Source of the DNA: Minisyncoccota bacterium
GTDB lineage: Bacteria > Patescibacteriota > Minisyncoccia > Phycocordibacterales > GWA1-40-21
NCBI GenBank assembly: GCA_041674925.1
Contig: JBAYUW010000004.1
Location: 482-64,481, forward strand
Direction: 5' to 3'
Length of the DNA: 64,000 nucleotides
Part shown: positions 34,539 to 42,780 of the stretch, one piece after another
Layout of the letters: every line of letters begins with the position of its first letter
Position numbering within the stretch: position 1 is the stretch's first letter
Translations under genes and position numbers: made by a program
The notes under the pieces: generated by a model
Database searches by the model: none
What the model was told of the DNA's origin: nothing
What the model saw: the letters and a program-made list of their open reading frames with translations, nothing else

Positions 34539-36467
34539 GTGCCACTATATAGAGAAATGAAATTACTGGCTGTTATTCCTATATCCAAAGGCATAAACAA
34601 GGAAACCTTGTCCTATTTTACCAATGCTGAAGTAGAGATCGGCTCTGTCGTCAAAGTGCCACTCCGAAAAAAAGTAATTCCTGGGATTGTTGTCGGCATG
34701 AATGATGTTTCGGAGGTAAAAGCAGATATCAAGAATGCCGATTTTGCGACGCGTAAAATAAAAAAAATAAAATCATCGACACTCTTGTCACCAGCTTTTA
34801 TGCAGACTGTTGATACGGCGGCGCAGTATTTCGCTTCAACAGCAGGTGCAATTTTAAATTCTTTGATTCCAAAAAGTATTTTAGAGAATACTGATAAGAT
34901 TAAAATAAATATAAAAAATAATAGCGATTCCCGGGCGCACGAAAAACTTGTGATTCAAAGCGATGACGAGGAACGCTATGCTAATTATAAAAGTATCATC
35001 CGAGAAGAATTTGCTAAGGGTTACTCGGTCTTCTTTTGCCTACCGACGATTCAAGATATTAAAAAGGCATATGAAAAATTAGCCAAAGGTATCGAGCAGT
35101 ACACCTTTGTCTTGCATGGAAATTTAAGTAAAGCTGAGCAGATAGAAGCCTGGAATCAGGCCTCGAATGAGGAACATCCGATTTTAATTGTCGGCACTGG
35201 ACCATTCTTGTCTTTAGCCAGACACGACCTTGGTACGATCATAATTGATAAGGAAAATTCTCGTAGTTATAAAAACCAAACAAGACCTTTCGTCGATATA
35301 CGCACTTTTGCTGAAAAATTAGCGGAAAAATTAAAGGCTCGAATCATTTTTGGTGATTTATTATTACGAACAGAGACGCTTTATCGTCAAAATAATGCAG
35401 AACTATTTGAAATTGGTTCTCTAAAATTCCGCTCCCTCACCACCTCAGCCCAAGAACTTGTAAACATGAAAGAGCCCTTACCAGATAATACTTCCAGTGA
35501 CAAAGAGGGACGTGAACCAAAATTTAAACTCTTCAGTGATTCATTTTTAAATTTGATCAATACAACTTCTGAAAATGATGAAAATATGTTTATCTTTGTC
35601 GCTAGGCGCGGGCTTTTTCCAAGCACGGTTTGCGGTGATTGTGGCACTATCGTAATATGTCACAGTTGTGGCGCCCCGACCGTCTTGCATAAATCCACCA
35701 AGGAAAATTTCTTTCTTTGCCATCGTTGTGGCGAACGTCGCAGTGCCTTGGAAAAGTGTCGCGATTGTCAGAGTTGGCGTCTTGTGACGCTCGGTATTGG
35801 CATTGAAAAAGTCGAGGAAGAACTCAAAGAAAAATTCCCTAATTTAAAAATCTTTAAAATTGATTCAGATAGCGCCACGACTCACAAAAAAGCCTTGGAT
35901 ATTGCATCCAAATTTTATTCTTCGCCTGGTAGTATTTTGCTTGGAACGGAGATGGCCCTGCTTTATTTGACGGAAAAGATCGCCAATACCGCCGTCGTTT
36001 CTATTGATTCTTTCTTCTCTATTCCTGACTTTCGTATTAATGAAAAAGTTTTGAATATCTTACTTAAAATTCGCTCTTTGACTTCGAAAAAATTACTAGT
36101 GCAGACTCGCGATATTAATCAGAAAATCTTCAAAAACGCACTTCAGGGAAATCTAGCTGATTTTTACAAAGAAGAAATTGTCGAGAGAAAGACATTAGAT
36201 TATCCGCCTTTTTCAACCCTCATCAAAATTACTCTATCGGGCGAAAAAAGATCAGTTTTGGCAGGGATGGAGAAATTACAAAAAGATATGTCGCCTTTTG
36301 ACATGGACGTCTTTCCCGCCTTTATTCCTTTGACAAAAGGAAAATTCAGTATGCATGCCTTGATAAAGATTAAGAGAGAAGAGTGGGTTAGTTTGGAGTT
36401 GTTGAGTAAACTAAAGGAATTATCGCCAGCCTATACCGTCAATATAGACCCCGAGAGTCTTTTGTAA
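34539..36467 (+). CDS. priA: primosomal protein N' (PriA)-like, ATPase motifs degenerate
   Basis: PriA zinc cluster CGDCG..CHSCG..CHRCG..CRDC and C-terminal domain. No GxGKT, and DKEN stands in place of DEEH. GTG start; an alternative ATG is at 34557. Confidence 0.7.
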   Translation: MPLYREMKLLAVIPISKGINKETLSYFTNAEVEIGSVVKVPLRKKVIPGIVVGMNDVSEVKADIKNADFATRKIKKIKSSTLLSPAFMQTVDTAAQYFASTAGAILNSLIPKSILENTDKIKINIKNNSDSRAHEKLVIQSDDEERYANYKSIIREEFAKGYSVFFCLPTIQDIKKAYEKLAKGIEQYTFVLHGNLSKAEQIEAWNQASNEEHPILIVGTGPFLSLARHDLGTIIIDKENSRSYKNQTRPFVDIRTFAEKLAEKLKARIIFGDLLLRTETLYRQNNAELFEIGSLKFRSLTTSAQELVNMKEPLPDNTSSDKEGREPKFKLFSDSFLNLINTTSENDENMFIFVARRGLFPSTVCGDCGTIVICHSCGAPTVLHKSTKENFFLCHRCGERRSALEKCRDCQSWRLVTLGIGIEKVEEELKEKFPNLKIFKIDSDSATTHKKALDIASKFYSSPGSILLGTEMALLYLTEKIANTAVVSIDSFFSIPDFRINEKVLNILLKIRSLTSKKLLVQTRDINQKIFKNALQGNLADFYKEEIVERKTLDYPPFSTLIKITLSGEKRSVLAGMEKLQKDMSPFDMDVFPAFIPLTKGKFSMHALIKIKREEWVSLELLSKLKELSPAYTVNIDPESLL

Positions 36468-36474
36468 TAAGATA

Positions 36475-37038
36475 ATGGTAATGAAAAGGAAAAATATTGA
36501 AATAGTGCAACGCGAGGCAAAAATCCTGAGAAATCTGGCCCAGACTGTGCCAGTGGCCGAAATCAAGACAGCAAAAATTCAAAAAATTATTGCTGATATG
36601 AAATTAGCTCTGGATGCCCAAGATGATGGCGTAGCGATTGCTGCTCCTCAAATTGATATCCCCTTGAGGATTTTCGTCGTTTCCAAGAAAGCCGAGATGA
36701 TTATGAAGGGAATTGAAAAAATTGATGACGAGACTAAGAAAGACTTCCAGGACGTCGTTTATATTAATCCAGAAATTAAAAAAATATCCAAGACCAAAAC
36801 TCTGGTCGATGAGGGTTGTCTGTCAGTCCGTTATGCTTATGGTAAAGTCGAGCGTGCAAATAAGGCCACCGTCACCGCTTATGACGAGAATGGGAAAAAA
36901 TTTACCAGGGGCGGCAGTGGACTTTTGGCTCAAATCTTTCAGCATGAGACTGATCATTTGAATGGAGTCCTTTTTACTGATAAAGCTGTTGACTTAAAAG
37001 AACAACCACCGCTTGAACCAGAAAATTATGACAAATAA
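36475..37038 (+). CDS. def: peptide deformylase
   Basis: GVAIAAPQI, EGCLS and HETDHLNG motifs. Confidence 0.9.
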   Translation: MVMKRKNIEIVQREAKILRNLAQTVPVAEIKTAKIQKIIADMKLALDAQDDGVAIAAPQIDIPLRIFVVSKKAEMIMKGIEKIDDETKKDFQDVVYINPEIKKISKTKTLVDEGCLSVRYAYGKVERANKATVTAYDENGKKFTRGGSGLLAQIFQHETDHLNGVLFTDKAVDLKEQPPLEPENYDK

Positions 37039-37852
37039 GATCAAATTTGCTTTTTTTGGTAGTTCTAAATTTTCGGTTTTTTGTCTTGAAGAGTTAAAGA
37101 AACTCGACCATCTGCCGACCGTGATCGTGACAACAGCAGATAAACCCCAGGGACGAAAAATGGAGATTATAAAAAGTGAAGTAAAAATTTGGGCGGAAAA
37201 TAATCAGATTGAATATTTAACCACAGATCAGATTGAGAATTTTGATTGTGAATTATACCTCGTCGCTTCTTATGGAAAGATTATCTCTAAAAAAGTTTTA
37301 GATACTCCGAAATTTGGCGTTTTGAACATTCACCCTTCCCTACTACCAAAATATCGCGGTTCGTCTCCGCTCCAGACCCAAATTTTAAATGATGAGAAAA
37401 AAGTCGGTGTGACCATTATGCAAATTGATGAGCAAATAGATCACGGTCCAATCGTCGCACAAAAAGAATTAGAGATTAAAGATTGGCCAGTGAAGTTTGA
37501 GGCTTTAGAGAAAATTACCGCCGAAGAAGGTGTCAAATTATTTGCACAAGTTCTGCCAGATTGGATAGATGGAAAAATTGAACCGACTACCCAGAATCAT
37601 TCAGCAGCAACTTTTACTAAGAAAATAGAAAAAAGTGATGGTTTGATTGATATTGTGAATGGCAACCCTTACCAAAACTTTTTAAAAATTCAAGCTTATA
37701 GTCTTTGGCCTCAAGCTTATTTCTTTATTGGTGAAACACGAGTGATTATCAAGGACGCCGAGTTCAAAGACGGTGTTCTAAATATCAAAAGAGTTCTACC
37801 GGCTGGTAAAAAAGAGATGACTTATGAAGACTTCCAGCGTGGTCTGAAATAA
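37028..37852 (+). CDS. fmt: methionyl-tRNA formyltransferase (short)
   Basis: FFGSSKFS, NIHPSLLPKYRGSSPLQ, DHGPI. Start set at ATG 37028 (MTNKIKFAFFG); it overlaps def by 11 nt. Confidence 0.85.
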   Translation: MTNKIKFAFFGSSKFSVFCLEELKKLDHLPTVIVTTADKPQGRKMEIIKSEVKIWAENNQIEYLTTDQIENFDCELYLVASYGKIISKKVLDTPKFGVLNIHPSLLPKYRGSSPLQTQILNDEKKVGVTIMQIDEQIDHGPIVAQKELEIKDWPVKFEALEKITAEEGVKLFAQVLPDWIDGKIEPTTQNHSAATFTKKIEKSDGLIDIVNGNPYQNFLKIQAYSLWPQAYFFIGETRVIIKDAEFKDGVLNIKRVLPAGKKEMTYEDFQRGLK

Positions 37853-37854
37853 TA

Positions 37855-38457
37855 CTATTGAATAGTTATTTTTTGAATAATAGCTGAAGATAAAGGTAAA
37901 TCATTGGCATCCACTTTCAAATTTTCGATCTTATCCACTATTTCCATTCCCGAAACCACTTGTCCAAAAACAGTATGCTTACCGACTAACCAGGGTGTCG
38001 CATTGGCTGTAATAATAAAAAACTGACTACCATTAGTATTTGGACCAGAATTAGCCATCGCCAGCATTCCGCGTACCATTGGTAAATCATTTTGTTCATC
38101 GGCAAATTTATAACCTGGGCCACCGGTACCATAGACGCTGGTATCCTCGCCTTTGGTATAAGGGTCTCCACCTTGAATCATAAAGCCTTTAATCACGCGA
38201 TGAAATTTAGTGTTCTCATAGAAACCATCTTTCGCTAATTTGATAAAATTAGCTACGGTTTTTGGCGCCTGTGATGAGAGCAAACTAATCTCGATGTTTC
38301 CAAGATTTGTTTCAAGAATAATATTTTGTTTTGTTTCAGTCATAATATTTATTTTTTTATTATCATCAGATGAAGATAAATAGCCGATCAAAATTGTCAC
38401 TGCAATAATCAGAATAATATACAAGACAGCTTGAGGGTTAATAATTTTTTTCCACAT
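37855..38457 (-). CDS. cyclophilin-type peptidyl-prolyl isomerase with N-terminal membrane anchor
   Basis: FHRVIKGFMIQGGDP, MANSGPNTNGSQFFI. Start set at MWKKIINPQ; the track starts 27 codons upstream. Confidence 0.85.
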   Translation of the reverse strand: MWKKIINPQAVLYIILIIAVTILIGYLSSSDDNKKINIMTETKQNIILETNLGNIEISLLSSQAPKTVANFIKLAKDGFYENTKFHRVIKGFMIQGGDPYTKGEDTSVYGTGGPGYKFADEQNDLPMVRGMLAMANSGPNTNGSQFFIITANATPWLVGKHTVFGQVVSGMEIVDKIENLKVDANDLPLSSAIIQKITIQ

Positions 38458-38800
38458 TTGATTTAGCTTTAGCTCCACCGCGACGAACCGCGCTGACTTT
38501 CTTGTCCTTACTTTTTTGTAATTCGCGAACCATTTCATCTTTAGCTACATCAATCGAAGCAAACAAATCATTCATCTCGGAAACAGCCCGAAAATTCTTG
38601 CCAGCGATAGCTAGATTTATTTCTGTTCGAAAGATCTCACCATTTTTGTGATGTTTGTTTATCTTCCCTAATTCGACTTCACATAAAACGCTGTCGGCCG
38701 GTACGGTGATAAATTTATCTAGATGCGCTAGTTTCTTGTAGAGATAGTCTTTTATCCCTACCGTGATCTTCATATTAGTTGCTTTTTCGTTGATTCGCAT
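38438..38800 (-). CDS. hpf: ribosome hibernation factor (HPF/RaiA, S30AE family)
   Basis: MKITVGIKDYLYKKL..EVELGK..FRTEINLAIAGKNFRAVSEMNDLFASIDVAKDEMVRELQK. Confidence 0.75.
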   Translation of the reverse strand: MRINEKATNMKITVGIKDYLYKKLAHLDKFITVPADSVLCEVELGKINKHHKNGEIFRTEINLAIAGKNFRAVSEMNDLFASIDVAKDEMVRELQKSKDKKVSAVRRGGAKAKSNVEKNY

Positions 38801-38801
38801 A

Positions 38802-39602
38802 TTATTTCAAGATATCAATAATTTTTTGAAACATGACCAAAGGCAAAGCCCCGCTAATTGAGACCTTGGCCTTGTCTCCAGAAATAGACATATTTTCCTG
38901 CAAGCCATTTTGCTTAATATAATCAGTCAAACTCTTTTCTTGACTACTAGACATTTTTTCTTTCAGAACCACAATATTCCAAGGGGTACCATTACCGCCT
39001 GTATCCTGAGCATTTTGCACGTCTTGTTGAACTTTTGCACTATATTTACCGCTGTTTAAACAGGAATTAAATTTAACGACATCTAAACCAACATGCTCAG
39101 CAATTTTAGGTAATTCAGCGACATCCAAACCGTTGTTAGCGGGAGTAATTTCATAAATCCGATCGGTGTAGGCCCAAAATTTATCATTACCACCCAGTTC
39201 GCCAGCACACTCAAGTGCCGCCGCCTCATTTCTGGCTTTTGGATGTAATTGATCTAAAGGAAAATGACGATAAACCCAAGCTACTTCGCCAGTCTTGCCA
39301 TATTGATCCATCACCTGCTTCATTGTTTGGTGCAATCTGACACAAAATGGACATTCGGTATCAGAATACTCAACAATAACAATTTTAGCATTTGGATTAC
39401 CACGAATATGATCCTCGGCTGAAATCTCTCGAACTTTTTCTAGACTAGAAGCTTGCACTAATGGTTTTGTATCAACCGGATTATTTGTTTTTGAACCATC
39501 ACTAAAATACATGGCCCCAGCAATTATGATTCCGGCGATTACAATCGCAATCGGTGTTCCTAGATTTGATTTAACTCCACCAACATTATTTTCTGTTTCC
39601 AT
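38802..39602 (-). CDS. DsbA-family thiol:disulfide oxidoreductase
   Basis: N-terminal TM and thioredoxin-fold active site CPFC in VEYSDTECPFCVRLH. Confidence 0.75.
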   Translation of the reverse strand: METENNVGGVKSNLGTPIAIVIAGIIIAGAMYFSDGSKTNNPVDTKPLVQASSLEKVREISAEDHIRGNPNAKIVIVEYSDTECPFCVRLHQTMKQVMDQYGKTGEVAWVYRHFPLDQLHPKARNEAAALECAGELGGNDKFWAYTDRIYEITPANNGLDVAELPKIAEHVGLDVVKFNSCLNSGKYSAKVQQDVQNAQDTGGNGTPWNIVVLKEKMSSSQEKSLTDYIKQNGLQENMSISGDKAKVSISGALPLVMFQKIIDILK

Positions 39603-39674
39603 TGATAATTATATTTATTAACTTATTACTAATAATTTCATTATAACAAACCGAAAGAGAGATGCAATCAAACT

Positions 39675-40592
39675 TTAGTCAAAAATATTGACTAAATATT
39701 TATCAATATCGCGTTGATCCATGTCGGAGAAATTTAAACCATCGCGATGAAGTCTCGTGGCTAATTTAATACCGACAAAGCGCCAATGCCAAGGCTCATA
39801 TTGATAATAAGCGTTGCCCTTGGGATAGGATAAGACAAAACCATATTTATAAGCATTGCTCTCCAACCACTTAAAAGCTGGAGTATTTTCGAAAGTCGTG
39901 GCTAATACCGGCAGTTGATTAGCTGTGGTAATGTCGAGTGCGGTGCCCAATTGATGCTCAGAATATCCCTGATCAGCGGAAAATTGATTGGCTCCAGAAC
40001 CGTAAGTCACTAGATAGTTAGTTTTCAAAGCCGATTGTGTTCCAAACGAACGATAAGCAGATACAATTTGTAAGGACATACCATCATCTTCAGCATCGTC
40101 AAACATGTCTTCCAAATACTTAAGAGCTGAAGCATGGAACTGTAAATTTTTATAATTAATTGCCAGATAATTTTGATCTATATCCTTTAAACGTAGAGGG
40201 ATATAATTATCACTCAAAAAATATACTTTAGAATATTTTTGTAATAATTCCTGATCCGTCTTGGATAATTTTTCCAAAGTATTGACGGTGCCAGCAATAT
40301 CATCGATCGTGTCAGCAAACTCTTCGGTTTGATTCTGTTGATCTTTCAATCTCTGGGCTAGTTCCTGACTAGTTAAAGTCGTTGTCGCCAAAGCCGCCTC
40401 TAAATTATTTAACTTCTGATTTAAAGTATTTGTCGATAAAACCATTTCTTTTTTAAAAGAAAGTAAATCAATCAGAAAAAAACCTCCGCCAATCAAGACA
40501 CCTAATAAAATTAAAACGATAATAAAAATAATTACCTCTAAAACAACTGGCATTTTCTCCGTAGTCAAATGCTTGCGAATATAATTTCTCAT
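39675..40592 (-). CDS. D-alanyl-D-alanine carboxypeptidase (VanY / peptidase M15B)
   Basis: SAYRSFGTQ, SEHQLGTALD, EPWHWRFVG zinc-ligand motifs. N-terminal TM and coiled coil. Confidence 0.75.
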   Translation of the reverse strand: MRNYIRKHLTTEKMPVVLEVIIFIIVLILLGVLIGGGFFLIDLLSFKKEMVLSTNTLNQKLNNLEAALATTTLTSQELAQRLKDQQNQTEEFADTIDDIAGTVNTLEKLSKTDQELLQKYSKVYFLSDNYIPLRLKDIDQNYLAINYKNLQFHASALKYLEDMFDDAEDDGMSLQIVSAYRSFGTQSALKTNYLVTYGSGANQFSADQGYSEHQLGTALDITTANQLPVLATTFENTPAFKWLESNAYKYGFVLSYPKGNAYYQYEPWHWRFVGIKLATRLHRDGLNFSDMDQRDIDKYLVNIFD

Positions 40593-40627
40593 TCCCCTAT
40601 TTTAGCCTATTTTGGGCCAAATTACCA

Positions 40628-41752
40628 TCAACGGAAGTCGATTTCAAACGGGTACATACCCATTCCACAAGAGCCTTTAAATAGTCCAATTTCTGGAACT
40701 CCGATATTAATATCAGTCGTGCCAGTTTGAGGTAAAAATTTATTTATATTTAGACTTGGAATTTTAACTGAGGATGAACAATCAAAAGTCCCGCTCGTCT
40801 CAAATCTAATGATGGTGGGCAAGCCAGCCTGAGCAACACTTTTACGCGGCTGATAACCACCCTTAGCCTTTAATTCAACAATTTGTTCATTATTTATAAA
40901 TGAAACATTGTTTGATTCAGCCTTCGATTGAACATTAAAATAACTTGCTCCACCGAGAGCATAATATAAATTAAATAAAGCAAAAAAGATGATGACTAGT
41001 CCGGCGGTTTTTAAAAAGATAACTGAATTAACTTTACTATTTATTGTCGAGGAACCAAAACTGATCAAAGCCAAGGTGGGTAAAGTTCCTAACGCAAAAG
41101 CGAGCATGGTCAATCCACCAGAAATAAAACTGCCCGTTGATAAAGTATAAATCTGCATTGATTGAGTGAAGCCACAGGGTAAAAAGAAAGTCGCTACTCC
41201 AATCAAAAATGGGGTGTATTTGTGACTAAAACTGGAAACTAAGGTAACAAATTTTGAAAAAGTCCGCGGAAAAGTAATCTGACAGGTTTTTAGACGTTGA
41301 AAAACATTTAATAAATTTAAACCCAAAAGCAACATTATTACAGCAATGATTATTTTTAGTATCGAGTCTGCAGTTGGTGATAAAGTAAAAATTGAACCGA
41401 GAGAACCAATCACACCTCCCAAAATAAAAAAGGAAACTAAACGACCGAGATGAAACAAAACTTGTGGTTTAATCTTATCATCGCCTTTTGAATAAGTAGC
41501 TGAGATTGATAAGACCAGACCGCCAATCACCGCCATACACGTCGAAACTGACGCCACTAAGCCAATTACCAAAGCTGTGCCGTAGGTCATGCTGGTGGGG
41601 TCAATAAAATCTACCAGGCCTAATCTCTGTAAAGCAAAGAATAAAACAATAATCAAAAAAGTGACAGAAAAAGCCCAAATAAATTCTAATTGATTTTTAT
41701 TTTTGTTTTCATTCATTTGACTATAATCATAGCACATCTCTCGACTTGACAA
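40628..41752 (-). CDS. DsbD_2/TauE-like membrane protein with C-terminal cupredoxin-like domain
   Basis: Membrane Cys motifs VSTCMAVIGG and FFLPCGFTQ. The soluble C-terminus ..FDCSSS..GSCGMGMYPF resembles a small copper/cupredoxin-type domain. Confidence 0.5.
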   Translation of the reverse strand: MSSREMCYDYSQMNENKNKNQLEFIWAFSVTFLIIVLFFALQRLGLVDFIDPTSMTYGTALVIGLVASVSTCMAVIGGLVLSISATYSKGDDKIKPQVLFHLGRLVSFFILGGVIGSLGSIFTLSPTADSILKIIIAVIMLLLGLNLLNVFQRLKTCQITFPRTFSKFVTLVSSFSHKYTPFLIGVATFFLPCGFTQSMQIYTLSTGSFISGGLTMLAFALGTLPTLALISFGSSTINSKVNSVIFLKTAGLVIIFFALFNLYYALGGASYFNVQSKAESNNVSFINNEQIVELKAKGGYQPRKSVAQAGLPTIIRFETSGTFDCSSSVKIPSLNINKFLPQTGTTDINIGVPEIGLFKGSCGMGMYPFEIDFR

Positions 41753-41825
41753 AAACTTGTTCTAATATAATCTAAAATTAGATGCACACTGACAGTTAAT
41801 GATAGTGAGAAGAGGAGAAATAGCC

Positions 41826-42725
41826 ATGAGTAATACCTGGCCAATAACATCGGTTCGACACATTTGTGCAACGATCACTCCGTTCAATCGGAAGGGTGGT
41901 ATCGATTACCCGAGACACGAGAGACACCTGCATTGGTTGGCAAATCAAGGGGTTGAAGCGACCGTAGAAGTGGGAACGACGGGCGAATCCACAACCATTC
42001 CACCCGACGAACACATCGAGATGGTTCGATGGGCGGTGAAGTTTTCGCCAATACCAGTGATTGCCGGAGCGGGAGCAAACAGCACCGAAGAGGCTGTCCA
42101 TCTGACGCGGGAGTCGGAACAAGCCGGTGCCAGAGCAATTCTGTCAGTGGTTCCCTACTACAACAAACCGAATCAGGAGGGATTGTACCGACACTTCGTC
42201 AAGATTTGTCAGTCCACTGGCCTGCCGGTCTTGGTGTACAACGTGCCAGGCCGAACAGTTCGGGAAATCCCTCCCAAGGTAACCCTGCGGATTCGAGACA
42301 AGTGTCCGAACATGGTCGGTATCAAGGAAGCCACGAGCAATACGACCAACGTCCATCGGTATGTCCGCGAGGGTTTGCCGGTGTTCTGCGGCGAAGACGC
42401 GATGAACTTCCCAATGCTCTGTCTGGGGGCACAAGGGGTCATCAGTGTGGTCTCGAATTTCGCTCCGCATGTGGTCAGTGATTTGATCCAGCGGGTGCGC
42501 GAAGAGAGATTGTCGGATGCACGTTCGATCAATAAAGCGATGGTCGATTTGAGTGAGGCGGCCTTCGTGGATAGCAATCCGATTCCGGTCAAGTACATTT
42601 GTTCGTTACTGGGCTTCTGCGAAGATCGGTTTCGCCTGCCGATGACACCACTCTCTCAGGCCCTGCGAAAGAAGGTCCGAGCGGCGGTTAGCAAGTATGT
42701 TCCTCTCACTCGTATTCTGAAGTAA
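41826..42725 (+). CDS. dapA: 4-hydroxy-tetrahydrodipicolinate synthase / DapA-family aldolase, GC-rich
   Basis: VGTTGEST, VYNVPGRT, Schiff-base lysine in GIKEAT. SD AGGAG; TTGACA at 41741. Multiple antisense ORFs are typical of high GC. Confidence 0.8.
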   Translation: MSNTWPITSVRHICATITPFNRKGGIDYPRHERHLHWLANQGVEATVEVGTTGESTTIPPDEHIEMVRWAVKFSPIPVIAGAGANSTEEAVHLTRESEQAGARAILSVVPYYNKPNQEGLYRHFVKICQSTGLPVLVYNVPGRTVREIPPKVTLRIRDKCPNMVGIKEATSNTTNVHRYVREGLPVFCGEDAMNFPMLCLGAQGVISVVSNFAPHVVSDLIQRVREERLSDARSINKAMVDLSEAAFVDSNPIPVKYICSLLGFCEDRFRLPMTPLSQALRKKVRAAVSKYVPLTRILK

Positions 42726-42748
42726 GCCACGGCCGTGGCCTGACTTCC

Positions 42749-42780
42749 CCCCGCTCTTTTCGAGAGCGGGGTCTTTTTTT
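42749..42780 (+). terminator. rho-independent terminator of dapA
   Basis: CCCCGCTCttttcgaGAGCGGGG followed by TCTTTTTTT. The palindrome GCCACGGCCGTGGC lies just upstream. Confidence 0.75.

Noticed and set aside
41796-42598. Several ORFs (84-150 aa) on both strands overlapping dapA
   Set aside because: This is the same high-GC artefact. Only the frame with the GTTGE, YNVPGRT and GIKEAT motifs is credible.
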